Position numbers and translations under genes: made by a program
The notes under the pieces: model-generated
Databases searched by the model: none
What the model was told of the DNA's origin: nothing
Seen by the model: the letters and a program-made list of their open reading frames with translations, nothing else
Part shown: piece after piece, positions 42,390-52,368 of the stretch
Numbering within the stretch: position 1 is the first letter of the stretch
Layout: the number at the start of each line of letters is the position of its first letter
Virus record (IMG/VR): IMGVR_UViG_3300020406_000005
Location: 1 to 64,000 of that record
Source: a virus
Length of the DNA: 64,000 nucleotides
Direction: 5' to 3' (one strand)

Positions 42390-44626
42390 ATCTTGATATT
42401 ATGATCATATCTAAGGTGAAAACTAGAATATATGTATCTATTGGAAAAATTTTGAATCAGCGCTCCCTGTTCTTGTTCCGGTGGGAGACATGCCTCGTCT
42501 ATTATAGACATCAAATTTTCATACATTTGATTTTGATTCCACGTCAATTCAAAAGACCTACCTCCCGTTTGTGTGGCCCAATTTGGCCACATTCCAGAAT
42601 CGTTAGCAGAGACAAACGTATAGAGTTTAAACCTTATAGTCCCTGCCAGAGTAGATGTGATAGTCTCCCTCGTAATCTCAGGAGTTAGCCAAGACTGGTC
42701 CTGCTCATCTGTGAATACAATTGCAATTTTGTCTACATTTTGTCTCCAATTGATTTTGAAGTTCTCTTTGCTTGGAGTCGAGGCGGTCTCTGACAACCAC
42801 TGAGAACTGCTGACGTCAAAGTCGGCAGTTTGAGATATATCCCTTGTAACAAAATACAAGGCATCTCTGAGCATCTCTTCACTAGTGCCCATACCTTCGC
42901 CATTCAGTGCAGCAAAAGAGGCTAGGAAGTCGGCAAACGGCGCTATGTCGGACACTAGATAAAGTCTCTCTCTTTCTCTGGCATCTTCTTTCGGGCCCAC
43001 AACCAAGCCCCAGTGCAGCTTACTTTCTGCCTGAAAGTGAGCTGCGAATCGATTTAGTGCTGCTCGGACGGCGGATATTGTTCCATCCATCGAGCCAGAC
43101 CAGTCTAAAATAAATAAAATGTCTGTGTCTCTTATCTCTTCTCCGTAATCTGCAACCCCATCACAGTCGTTATCAGAGCCATCGCACACCTCTGTTGAAG
43201 GCACAACCTCATCCTTACAGAAGTCTCTCTGGAATCGATCCCATCTGTCATTATTTCCCCACTGTCCTTGTTGGCAGATCATGTTACCAGCGTGGCACAC
43301 ACCAACATCTAAAGTGCCTTCGGGGCCTGTATAGCATGCAACCTGAATTTCCTCATCCACTCTACTGTCACAGTCCTCATCAAAATTATTGCATATTTCG
43401 TTTGCGACCTCCATTCCAGTATAAGGGTCACACGGTTGGCCAGATAAAATTTCTAATTGTGCACACAAGGCGAGACATTCAGACATACTCAATTGCGTGC
43501 ACCCTGGCGGATCGTCGCATTGACAAGATTTAAAGCCTTGGCCACACCTCAGAGGTTCTTCTGAACAAGGTATTAATACTCCTACATCTTGGATCGTACA
43601 GTCGCAATTTAGACCCTCATCAATTAAACCGTCGCAATCTTGATCAGCGCCATCGCAAGGATCCACTTCTTCTGATGGTTGCGCAACGGTGCAAGATATC
43701 CAATTACCTAAATCACAAGTTTCGAACCCAACGCCACAAAGCGTTTCGCATTCCTGAATGAGTTCTTCATCTATAACTCCATCACAATCATCATCGATGT
43801 TGTTGCACAATTCTACCGGGACGGGGCCGCACTCATCGCACACATTCCTTTGATTTTCGTCGATGAGGCCGTCGCAGTCGTCGTCCTCGTAGTTGCAGCG
43901 CTCGTCCGAAGGGCCGGTGGCGTCACATCCCACAATTTCCAAATTTACACAATATCCTTGGCCTTGACCGCAATCATTCTCGCAAGGAAATCGACCCTCA
44001 TCAATCCCACCGTCACAATCATCATCCAGGCCGTTACAATCCTCTTCGCTACAAGGCTGACAAGGCAGGTGGACTAAGTTTCCCTTATTACAGAGAACCT
44101 GCTGCCTGCCAAGGGTGCCATCCTCTAGTTGACATTCAAACCACTCTACAAACTCACCACTAGTGCCTGGGGGGCACTCCCATTGTGTGGTGCACTCACT
44201 CTGGAAAAGTATTTCTGGAGGGGGGCAATTTTCATCTTGGCCAAACAGACAGGGAGTGCCGCCTTGGTCACAAATTTCCACGATAACGTTCATTACGTCA
44301 ATTGTCTGTGCAGGGTTGGGGGGACAGTACCACCTCTGGCGGTCGCAGCACTCTGGAAAACACAGACAATACTCGTCTGGTTCCGATGTGGTGGTTGTTT
44401 CACATATTTGCTCTGGCGTTAGTTGTGGCTCTGCATCAGCACCTGCTGGTGATAATTCGTCCACCAGCAAAAAAACGTCTTGTTCTTGCCCTCCGTTAGG
44501 GATATTATCAACTATCAGTCGCGGGCCCGGGTCTTCACTTAGGGGGCCCTCTGTAGAGCTTTTTGGATCTCTACACGATAAGGCCAACAAAGAAAAGAGA
44601 AAAATTGTTAGAACCCTAATATTCAA
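42380..44626 (-). CDS. lipoprotein with six C(N/D)xxD(D)DCDGxxDE repeats and C-terminal vWA domain
   Basis: LLALSC lipobox; Cys/Asp-rich repeats; DWSGSM MIDAS; FTDE. Confidence 0.82.
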   Translation of the reverse strand: MNIRVLTIFLFSLLALSCRDPKSSTEGPLSEDPGPRLIVDNIPNGGQEQDVFLLVDELSPAGADAEPQLTPEQICETTTTSEPDEYCLCFPECCDRQRWYCPPNPAQTIDVMNVIVEICDQGGTPCLFGQDENCPPPEILFQSECTTQWECPPGTSGEFVEWFECQLEDGTLGRQQVLCNKGNLVHLPCQPCSEEDCNGLDDDCDGGIDEGRFPCENDCGQGQGYCVNLEIVGCDATGPSDERCNYEDDDCDGLIDENQRNVCDECGPVPVELCNNIDDDCDGVIDEELIQECETLCGVGFETCDLGNWISCTVAQPSEEVDPCDGADQDCDGLIDEGLNCDCTIQDVGVLIPCSEEPLRCGQGFKSCQCDDPPGCTQLSMSECLALCAQLEILSGQPCDPYTGMEVANEICNNFDEDCDSRVDEEIQVACYTGPEGTLDVGVCHAGNMICQQGQWGNNDRWDRFQRDFCKDEVVPSTEVCDGSDNDCDGVADYGEEIRDTDILFILDWSGSMDGTISAVRAALNRFAAHFQAESKLHWGLVVGPKEDARERERLYLVSDIAPFADFLASFAALNGEGMGTSEEMLRDALYFVTRDISQTADFDVSSSQWLSETASTPSKENFKINWRQNVDKIAIVFTDEQDQSWLTPEITRETITSTLAGTIRFKLYTFVSANDSGMWPNWATQTGGRSFELTWNQNQMYENLMSIIDEACLPPEQEQGALIQNFSNRYIYSSFHLRYDHNIKICY

Positions 44627-45327
44627 AACTTATGCTCCCTAAACGCTTTGGTTGAGTGCGGAAAGTATTCCTCTGCAATTTTAAGACAAGCATTTGCAAC
44701 CTGTTGAATTTCCCATTGAGCGCCTTCATGTAACCTGAGAGATACAAATTTCATGAGATTGCTCAAATTGACTGTACCGTAATACTGTGTATATAAATTT
44801 TGAGGCAATACACCTCTTGCCTGTTCGCGACAGACGCCTGAACTAACCAGCTTATTATACAACTCTAGAGATGAACTATTGTGATTGTTAACGGCGTCTG
44901 AGGCCAGATTTTCGGTTGTTGGCCAGTCTCGTTCAAGAGTCCCATCAATATCAGGATTTATCAGCTTATCCTCACTAGCTTGTCGATTTGATTTGTGTTG
45001 AACCCTAAACTGCTCCGGGGAATAAAATTTTATATCAACATCAGTGTACCTTCTACTTATTTCATTGTAGGCCCAAGTTCGGTGCCGGTGGTGCTGAGAT
45101 CTTATGAAGAGGGGCACTGTAAACCTCATTGTTAAAGCACAATGTTCAAACGGACTTGTGTGGTTGTGCTTCAACAAATAATTGATTAATTTGATATCCT
45201 TCTCATCTAAGACGTGCTTTTCAACACCAAACGAAACTCTCGCGGAATTTACAATTGTTAAATCTGACCCCATATGTGAAACGTATTCTACGGATCCGAT
45301 ATTGTCGCCAAACAAGTCAAACCTCAT
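44623..45327 (-). CDS. thyX: flavin-dependent thymidylate synthase
   Basis: ARVS, HTSPFEH, RHR..SRRY, REQARGVLP, AQWEI. Confidence 0.95.
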   Translation of the reverse strand: MRFDLFGDNIGSVEYVSHMGSDLTIVNSARVSFGVEKHVLDEKDIKLINYLLKHNHTSPFEHCALTMRFTVPLFIRSQHHRHRTWAYNEISRRYTDVDIKFYSPEQFRVQHKSNRQASEDKLINPDIDGTLERDWPTTENLASDAVNNHNSSSLELYNKLVSSGVCREQARGVLPQNLYTQYYGTVNLSNLMKFVSLRLHEGAQWEIQQVANACLKIAEEYFPHSTKAFREHKF

Positions 45328-45640
45328 CAGGTCTCCTGTAAATGCCAAGGACGTAATTCTCTAAAATTAAGTGATGAATTCGATCTTTAATTTTAACTTC
45401 TGAAATCATTGACCTGTCAATGACAATTTTCTTTTCAGGCTCATGATTAGGATATTTTAAATATCTAAACTGTTTATGGCAGTCTTCAGCTACTGCTACC
45501 ACAGTAGCTTCAATATATCTGTCTACATCCAAATCGTAGTCTTCTGGCAATAAGACCCCTGTATTAGTCTCATTTTTCTGAACATGGGGGACAATTAATA
45601 GATGTCTGTTTGTCGGCTGAAAGCGTGAAATTTTAGACAT
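45317..45640 (-). CDS. groES: co-chaperonin GroES/gp31-like
   Basis: FQPTNRHLLI, TNTGVLLP, VVAV, LILENYVLG. Confidence 0.75.
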   Translation of the reverse strand: MSKISRFQPTNRHLLIVPHVQKNETNTGVLLPEDYDLDVDRYIEATVVAVAEDCHKQFRYLKYPNHEPEKKIVIDRSMISEVKIKDRIHHLILENYVLGIYRRPDEV

Positions 45641-45905
45641 TGGTTAATCTCCCCACAGACCTTTGGCACTTATTCACATAATCTGATAAAACATCCATGT
45701 CTGTTTCTGATTTGTATAATCTATATGCCTTAACTGCTAATCTCATCTCTTCTTTTGTTAGCCACCCATTTTCGCAATAAGATTCTCTCAAATCTTTTCT
45801 TTGCTCCTTAAACGGCTCAATGGCTGTTTCGATAGCCACAAAAGTTTTAATATAGTTTACAAGGTGTTCTTCTTTTGAAATTTGTTTTTCGTTGTTGTTG
45901 TTCAT
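45633..45905 (-). CDS. small dsDNA-binding protein (T4 DsbA/GapR-like)
   Basis: Helical pattern IE...KEQRKDL...KEEMRLAVK. Confidence 0.55.
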   Translation of the reverse strand: MNNNNEKQISKEEHLVNYIKTFVAIETAIEPFKEQRKDLRESYCENGWLTKEEMRLAVKAYRLYKSETDMDVLSDYVNKCQRSVGRLTNV

Positions 45906-45967
45906 TTTTTTCCTTTCAACATTGTAGATAAATATTACTATATTTTTTTAGATTTGTCAAATATTTT

Positions 45968-47830
45968 TTAAATAAATTTTACTTCGCATTCGCCGCCGGC
46001 GCAGGCGGACTCGGATTGTAAGTCGGTGTTATCTTGTTCTTCTATGACCTTCGTTAGATCAATATCTGACAGGGACTTCATCATGGCCTCATATGTTTCT
46101 TTTGAGCAATCTTCAAAAGGTGCTTGTGTATACGTGCCGCCATCGTATGGTAAAACAGACAAGCCGTTATAACTATTTCTATTGTCCCACATCCAGTCAC
46201 CAACATCAACCCACTCTGCATCTTTTATTGAGACAGTCGCTGAAATATTATGGGTATTTTGACCTTTGCGGAATCCGGGGCGGACCCACTCGTCTGTAAC
46301 TCTCTTAACTCTTTTCAGAAGTTGTAGTGCAGACTCGGTTCTCAATATTGACCTATCTGGTGCAGTTTGTGGAATCGAAATAACTGCGGTGGTATGTGGA
46401 CTAAAATATTCATCCTCTACCAGTTCCGGATGGCTGCTTACGAGATAATTGTAAATTGGTTCATTTTTACCAACTCGCAAACGACGAACATAGTAATCAT
46501 TATGCCATGCGTGAATACCAGAGCTTGTACCTAACGTGAGAGACGTTGTACCAGCTGGCTTGACACATGTCGTTCTTGCAGCTGGTCTTATTCCAATTAA
46601 ATCTGCCGCCCTTTGGTTTTCTAATTTTACAGCCTCGGCAGCTTTTTTCATGTCTAAGTCGAGAACCTTTCCAGAGGCGATGCCGGTCATGCTAACCCCA
46701 ATAAGTGCATCTTTTTCTGTTGTTCTTCTCCAAATATCTCGAAGGTAGTGAAAATCAGTATAGCTCGCCTGAAGAGTGCCTATGAAGGTTGCGGCCCGAA
46801 CCCTATCCTCTAAATCTTCTTGACTTTCAACATTTGAAACATTTACTTCTGTAAGATTGCAAAACTGATATGGTCGCAGTCCGATTTCACAACAAGGGTT
46901 TGTGCCCCAGTCTTTATCATTTGAAAAATAAAAACCAGGCTCACCCGCTCCTGACGCCTTTACTCTTTCCCACAAATTCATAAAATACTCTCTGTCAATT
47001 TTGTGACGAAGTAGTACAACTGAATTATTTGCTCTTCCGCGCTGAGGGTCTGTTTCCCACCAATTTCCAGTCTTTGCTGCAATCATATCTTCATCATCCG
47101 CAGAAAACAAAGATATTAGCGCTGCTCTTCTGATGCCGCCGGCGAGAACTGCGTCCGCGACGTGACAAATCATATCATGAACTTCGATAGGCTTTAGTTT
47201 GTCCCCATTTTGCTTTTGTGATAGCATGCCCTCTAATTTTACCAAGCACTCCCTGAGAGGTTGGGGCCCAGGGGCTTTGCCGCCAGAGGTGATTAAAGCT
47301 GCGCCCTTTGGTCGTATGTCAGAATAATCAAATCTAAGTCTTGAGCCGCCTTGAAAGTAAGATCTTACAAGTGCCTTTACTGCGTCGGCCCAACCCTCAA
47401 TTGAATCATTGACTAAAAATCTTCTAGTCCTATTCATATTTGGTCTTGTTATTTCTGGTAGTTTTTCAACATGATGCTTCTGTACACTGTAACCTACACC
47501 TGTCCCTCCCAACAAAAGAAACATTGCTTCTCCAAAACATCTCCAATCATCTGCAGGCATAAACGCGCAGTTGAATATCCTATTGGGTGCAACTTCAATT
47601 GGCTTTCCTCCAAACTGCATCGAGCGCATTGAAGGCAGCACTTTTTTCTCAAAGACCATTTTATACGCTTTATGTATTTGAATTTCCAATTCTGGGAATT
47701 TCTTAATGTGCATGTTCATGTTTCTTGATACTAACTCTTCCCACGTTTCTCTTCTTTTTTTATCCTCTAGGTAGCGCGCATACTTCATATGCACTGTGAT
47801 TTCTGATAAAATTTTATTTGACAATTCCAT
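45968..47830 (-). CDS. nrdJ: class II (B12-dependent) ribonucleotide reductase
   Basis: KYAR, FNCAF, GGTGVG, RRAA, TNPCCEI, CNL, VKPAGT, C-terminal CAGGEC. Confidence 0.92.
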   Translation of the reverse strand: MELSNKILSEITVHMKYARYLEDKKRRETWEELVSRNMNMHIKKFPELEIQIHKAYKMVFEKKVLPSMRSMQFGGKPIEVAPNRIFNCAFMPADDWRCFGEAMFLLLGGTGVGYSVQKHHVEKLPEITRPNMNRTRRFLVNDSIEGWADAVKALVRSYFQGGSRLRFDYSDIRPKGAALITSGGKAPGPQPLRECLVKLEGMLSQKQNGDKLKPIEVHDMICHVADAVLAGGIRRAALISLFSADDEDMIAAKTGNWWETDPQRGRANNSVVLLRHKIDREYFMNLWERVKASGAGEPGFYFSNDKDWGTNPCCEIGLRPYQFCNLTEVNVSNVESQEDLEDRVRAATFIGTLQASYTDFHYLRDIWRRTTEKDALIGVSMTGIASGKVLDLDMKKAAEAVKLENQRAADLIGIRPAARTTCVKPAGTTSLTLGTSSGIHAWHNDYYVRRLRVGKNEPIYNYLVSSHPELVEDEYFSPHTTAVISIPQTAPDRSILRTESALQLLKRVKRVTDEWVRPGFRKGQNTHNISATVSIKDAEWVDVGDWMWDNRNSYNGLSVLPYDGGTYTQAPFEDCSKETYEAMMKSLSDIDLTKVIEEQDNTDLQSESACAGGECEVKFI

Positions 47831-47831
47831 A

Positions 47832-49208
47832 TTATTTATTACCTCCTTGTTTCTTAAACACCGCATACTTCTCCTTTAGAGATGTTAGTCTCTCCGCAGA
47901 AGTTTTTTGGATTATGTCATTTACACTTTCTCCTGTTTTTTGCAAAACCTTAATTTTCACATTACTGGTATCCATAAAGATTGGATACACCAATCCATCT
48001 GGGCCGTTTCGGTTCTTGGCGACGAAAATACGGCCTTGGTTTGTATTTTTATCTTCGACGGTTCTAGAAACCGTAAAGATGAAATCAGCTACAAAACATT
48101 TGTTAAATGCCTCAGAAATTGACTCCATTGTTATCACTTCCGCATTCAACCCAGATCTGTTTGTTTGGGATGCTGTCCAGAGTGGACACTCGCAAATTTG
48201 AGCTATTCCTCTAAGCTCTTCGTAAATAGTTTCTAGCTGATGCCTTTTCTCATCTTTTCTGCTATTTTCTGGTCGAATTAGATCTCCGTAGTCAACAATG
48301 ATCATATCTGGAGTGAAATCTCGGCGTTTTAGCTTCTCAAGGTGATTTTTGATTGTTTGAATATTTGCACTTCTGGTGGGATATTCTTTTACTATTAGTC
48401 TGCCGGAAATCTCCCTGATCTCGTCATAAATTTTTTCTTTAAAAATAGATAAATTTTTTAATTCAACTCCTGTAATGCAAGAATCATATCTACTAGCAAC
48501 AACGGTATCTGAAAGCTCTAGAGTATAATGGAGTACATTTTTTCCAGACTTTACTGCTTGGGCACCTAGGTGGACAAGAACCATTGATTTACCTGCGCCC
48601 GTTGGGGCGACTACAACCCCAAGTTCTCCCTTGCCTAGGCCTCCCTTAGCAATATCATCTATATCTTTCCACCCGGTGGTTATTGGATCTCTCGCCTTAA
48701 CCAAAAATCTTTTTTCGAAATCAGTTAAATAATCATAGCCCAAAGTATTATCACTACCTAACTTGAGGGCATTATCTATAACTTTAGAGACCTCGTCAAA
48801 GGATGAAGATTTTATTAAATCTACAGATTTAATTAAGGCTTCTTTTAGTTTTTGCTTTTTACAAAAATCAAGAGCAGTGTCTTTAATATATTCTGAACTA
48901 TCTGGTGTTTCCCCGTTTGCAAGGACACGGGCGTAATACTCCCTGATTCTAACTTTAACTGATTCCTGTTCTGCATCCAGACCTGATCGTATGATTGAAC
49001 GCATAATATTAGATGTGGGGTGGACTCCATATTTTTTTCTATATTCCTTTATTTTTGTGACAAAAACCTTCAGATGCTTAAGTTCCAGAAAGTTAACATC
49101 CAAAACCTCAAACATCTGATCAGCGAAGGGCCTATCATTTAAAATTAAATGACACAAATCTTCTTGAAAAGTTTTCCCAAATTTTGAAAAGCTTTTTTCT
49201 TGCTCCAT
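47832..49208 (-). CDS. replicative DnaB/gp41-like helicase
   Basis: APTGAGKS, TLEL, KEYPT, IVDYGD, TASQTNR, KNRNG. Confidence 0.92.
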   Translation of the reverse strand: MEQEKSFSKFGKTFQEDLCHLILNDRPFADQMFEVLDVNFLELKHLKVFVTKIKEYRKKYGVHPTSNIMRSIIRSGLDAEQESVKVRIREYYARVLANGETPDSSEYIKDTALDFCKKQKLKEALIKSVDLIKSSSFDEVSKVIDNALKLGSDNTLGYDYLTDFEKRFLVKARDPITTGWKDIDDIAKGGLGKGELGVVVAPTGAGKSMVLVHLGAQAVKSGKNVLHYTLELSDTVVASRYDSCITGVELKNLSIFKEKIYDEIREISGRLIVKEYPTRSANIQTIKNHLEKLKRRDFTPDMIIVDYGDLIRPENSRKDEKRHQLETIYEELRGIAQICECPLWTASQTNRSGLNAEVITMESISEAFNKCFVADFIFTVSRTVEDKNTNQGRIFVAKNRNGPDGLVYPIFMDTSNVKIKVLQKTGESVNDIIQKTSAERLTSLKEKYAVFKKQGGNK

Positions 49209-49243
49209 TCGACTTCCTTTTATTTAGAGTATAATATCATATT

Positions 49244-50206
49244 TTACCGAGAAAAGGAAGTGATGATGCTATTAAATCTTTGTTCCAAATCCACCGTTGC
49301 CACCGTAAGCACACCGTCTTGAAGCATTAGCTTTCTTATCTCTGTTTGGTTATAGTGTGGCTCATAACTTTCAAATGTTTCATCAATACCCTGTTTTGCC
49401 TGTATGGATAACATGGGGGATGATAACTGCATAATATTATAATTACTCTCTATCAACTCCTGATTATCAATAATATTAGAAAAAACTTTTTGTTTATTTT
49501 CCGGTTTCTCACATTCACCAATAATATCAGATAAGTAGTAAGTTTTCTCTTCTTTTAAGAAAGAAAATCGTTTTGACACCGTTTCAAGCCCAACCCTAGG
49601 TACACCGGGCAAGTTGTCCGAAGAATCTCCAACAATCGCTCTTGCTAGAGCAAAATTAGTAGGATGAATACCAAATTTTTCTACGATACTGTTCTTGTTA
49701 AGATATTCTTTTTGAATAGGTCGATGAAGTATGGTTTTATCATCTAAAAGTTGAATAAAGTCTTTATCCGCAGAGACAATCACTTTTTGCCACTCTGAAA
49801 ACATAGGGCTGCTCTTGACATATGAAATTACGTCGTCTGCTTCAACTAGTGGCTCCATAAACTGAATAACTGGGGTTTGATTGAAATATTCAATTACTCT
49901 CATTTGTTGCCACACTTTATTATCCATGACTTCCTCGTCTGCCATGCCAACCTGGGACCAGTTAGTTCGAGGTGGCTTGCGGCCGCCTTTGTATGATTTA
50001 TTCATAGAACGACGCTTTTTGCTGCCGCCTTTGCCATCCCAGACCAAAACCAAAAGGTCTGGCTTCACTTCTCTAGTGAGCTTATTTAAAATATTGATAA
50101 ACGTGCGAATACCGCCGATAGGGGAGCCGTTTGGGTTCTTGCTAGGGTCTACTATGTATCCACGAATAAACTGGTTATACGCGTCTACTATCATCATTCT
50201 CTTCAT
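49244..50206 (-). CDS. 5'-3' exonuclease / flap endonuclease (T4 RNase H or Pol I N-terminus-like)
   Basis: VDAYN, YKGGR, EADD, SADKDFIQL, GDSSDNLPGV. Confidence 0.92.
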   Translation of the reverse strand: MKRMMIVDAYNQFIRGYIVDPSKNPNGSPIGGIRTFINILNKLTREVKPDLLVLVWDGKGGSKKRRSMNKSYKGGRKPPRTNWSQVGMADEEVMDNKVWQQMRVIEYFNQTPVIQFMEPLVEADDVISYVKSSPMFSEWQKVIVSADKDFIQLLDDKTILHRPIQKEYLNKNSIVEKFGIHPTNFALARAIVGDSSDNLPGVPRVGLETVSKRFSFLKEEKTYYLSDIIGECEKPENKQKVFSNIIDNQELIESNYNIMQLSSPMLSIQAKQGIDETFESYEPHYNQTEIRKLMLQDGVLTVATVDLEQRFNSIITSFSR

Positions 50207-50207
50207 T

Positions 50208-50315
50208 TTAGTTTCTCTTCCATTTGTGTAGGGCCAAACCAATAATTAACATAGCAATTGCACTATAAATAAATTCTGGGTCTGTAAGTATTCCATCAAA
50301 CATATCATTTCTCAT
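50208..50315 (-). CDS. 35-aa membrane peptide
   Basis: Hand translation MRNDMFDGILTDPEFIYSAIAMLIIGLALHKWKRN. Confidence 0.45.
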   Translation of the reverse strand: MRNDMFDGILTDPEFIYSAIAMLIIGLALHKWKRN

Positions 50316-50321
50316 TTAGTT

Positions 50322-50350
50322 AAAAAAAAGCCCGGCATAGAGCCGGGCTT
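50322..50350 (-). terminator. intrinsic terminator after recA
   Basis: AAGCCCGGC-TCTAT-GCCGGGCTT followed by a T-run. Confidence 0.85.
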
Positions 50351-50360
50351 GTGTAAGCGA

Positions 50361-51494
50361 CTATTCTGTCGGCGGGACATCGTCCGCGTCGTAGAAGTCG
50401 TCTGCTTTGCCTTCTCTATTCTTGAACTTCATGATAACATCTTCTTCAATAATAGTCAAGACACTTTCTCTGAACTTTTCACTCTCAAGTTTAGTGACCC
50501 ATTGTTTGCGCTGGAACTTTTCCTTAGACCCATCATTGTGGATTAGCGTAAACCATGCACCAGACTGTTCAAGTCTTTCAGAGATTTGGATTGCATCGAA
50601 CCAGCTTTCTTCATCTTGGACACCAACAGCATCATCACCCCATAGGATCTTAAAGTTACAGGTTCGGCCGTGAGTCCCAAAACGAGACTTTTCCAGCTTT
50701 ACCTTTACTTCAGATCCAATGCGGAAACCATTGTCATCTACGATGAAACTAGCTTTGGCTTTTCTTGCGGTGAGCCACACACGAAGAGAATAAGCATAAA
50801 TCATAGCCTTTCCTCCAGGAGTTGTGTATGGTTCAGTCATAGCCTGCGCTGGTGTTCTTGCCCCTAGGTTAGTCTTCAGCTGATTGAGGACTAGGAAAGT
50901 GGCGTTCGCGTCAGCGATAGGGATAGTTAATTTAGACATTCCCTTGGCTAGGATTCTAGGCTTTACTGCCATAGAAGACTGAGGGTTGAAGTCGCCTTCA
51001 ACATCAGAAATCGATGGGGTAAGAGCCAAAGAGTCCCAAATGAAAAGCCATTTGTTACCAGTAGCTAGCAATTCTTCGATGGTTTCCAGGACAAACTCAA
51101 CAGATGCTGCTTGTACATACATAAGTCTATCCAAATCGCAGCCGGCGCGCTCCATAAAAGAAGGGTCAATAGCTGACTCTGAATCAAAGTACACTACATC
51201 AATACCCATCTTTTGAGCGTTGCCGGCTATTTGGGCAGCCAAGAAAGACTTGCCAGTGCCAGGGAGTCCAGCAATTTCTGAAATTTTACCCACAGGGATA
51301 CCAGCGTGTCTGCCTTTGCAAATAATTGCGTCAAGCCATTTAGAGCCAGTAGGGATCCACTCATTCACCTCTGTTGGGTTGTTATCTTGAAGACTGTGTG
51401 CTACTTCTCTTCCAGCTTTTTTATTTATAATACCTCTAATTGAAGCGATATCTAAAGCGCCTTTTTTTAGCTTAGTCACCTTTGTTTTTGGCAT
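50361..51494 (-). CDS. recA: RecA/UvsX recombinase
   Basis: IPTGS, GLPGTGKS, DSE, WDSL, LNQL, TPGG, KSRF. Confidence 0.93.
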   Translation of the reverse strand: MPKTKVTKLKKGALDIASIRGIINKKAGREVAHSLQDNNPTEVNEWIPTGSKWLDAIICKGRHAGIPVGKISEIAGLPGTGKSFLAAQIAGNAQKMGIDVVYFDSESAIDPSFMERAGCDLDRLMYVQAASVEFVLETIEELLATGNKWLFIWDSLALTPSISDVEGDFNPQSSMAVKPRILAKGMSKLTIPIADANATFLVLNQLKTNLGARTPAQAMTEPYTTPGGKAMIYAYSLRVWLTARKAKASFIVDDNGFRIGSEVKVKLEKSRFGTHGRTCNFKILWGDDAVGVQDEESWFDAIQISERLEQSGAWFTLIHNDGSKEKFQRKQWVTKLESEKFRESVLTIIEEDVIMKFKNREGKADDFYDADDVPPTE

Positions 51495-51504
51495 AATAAA
51501 TATC

Positions 51505-52260
51505 TCACTGATTCAGCAGTTCGTTGAAGGCATCTTCAACGGAGCTGGAAGAATTATCGGCTTCAGTGTTACTTCCGAACTTTTCTACATCAGGCCTGCT
51601 TGTGTCGGAAGATAGGTGTTGATCCATTATTGATTGAACCTCCTCTGTTGTTTTTCTTTCAAAGATTTCATCAAAATTTGGAATTGTTTCTAGAAGCTCT
51701 GCGCATCTTTCATCTCCACCAACTGCATCGTCGCACAAGACTGTCTTTCTTGGGCGGGGGCGAATGTCGGTTCGGGGAAAGCTTGCTCCGGGAAGCTTGC
51801 CATACATCAATTTGAGATCGTTACCGGTCTCAGGGTCTGTAATATCCCCATAGTCAGGGTCTAGCACAATTGTTAACAGTTTTTCATATGCCATCTTGCC
51901 GTACCCCCATACTCTGATGCCTTCGGCTTCCTCTCCGCGAACTAAAACTGGTGAGAAAAACCTTTGCTTTGCAAACATATCTTTTGCTTGCCTTTTGCTC
52001 TCTTCCGTCCCTTCGTTCCATAACTTATTGGCAAAATTACATGCTGGGCAGTCATCCCCAAAATTCCTCTTCGGGCAAAGAAAAGATTGCCCCCCAACTC
52101 CATAATGGAAATACTTCTCCTTAAAAGGATCACCGTCAGGTGTTGAAACAATACGGATATTGCTTTCCCCTTCCTCTGGGCGCCAGAAATTCTTTTTTCC
52201 ATCTCCCTTTCCATTAAGTTTGTTTAACTTCGCTTTCATTGCGTCTAAATTAAGTGCCAT
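51505..52260 (-). CDS. single-stranded DNA-binding protein (gp32-like)
   Basis: H...CP...CPAC Zn site, DITDPETG, acidic tail; position next to recA. Confidence 0.8.
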   Translation of the reverse strand: MALNLDAMKAKLNKLNGKGDGKKNFWRPEEGESNIRIVSTPDGDPFKEKYFHYGVGGQSFLCPKRNFGDDCPACNFANKLWNEGTEESKRQAKDMFAKQRFFSPVLVRGEEAEGIRVWGYGKMAYEKLLTIVLDPDYGDITDPETGNDLKLMYGKLPGASFPRTDIRPRPRKTVLCDDAVGGDERCAELLETIPNFDEIFERKTTEEVQSIMDQHLSSDTSRPDVEKFGSNTEADNSSSSVEDAFNELLNQ

Positions 52261-52298
52261 TATTAATACCTCCTATTGGTTTGTTGTTTTTTTGCACA

Positions 52299-52337
52299 CT
52301 TTTGGCTATAGCAGGTCGGCAAATATCCCGACCAACT
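52299..52337 (-). promoter_or_regulatory. conserved 5' leader hairpin, copy 1 (ssb)
   Basis: 36/39 identical to 54161-54199; lies just after promoter TTGACA-17-TATTAT (52344-52372). Confidence 0.75.
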
Positions 52338-52368
52338 GAATACATAATATCAAATTATTTTAATTTTG

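Noticed and set aside
37145-49208. Inteins or introns in dnaE, nrdJ or the helicase
   Set aside because: Lengths and motif spacing are normal; no intein-type or homing endonuclease motifs seen.
28720-51494. Bacterial chromosome origin, given groEL, clpP, guaB, dnaE and recA
   Set aside because: These genes are divergent and interleaved with gp32-like SSB, gp41-like helicase, tail genes and dense small ORFs, which indicates a large phage.
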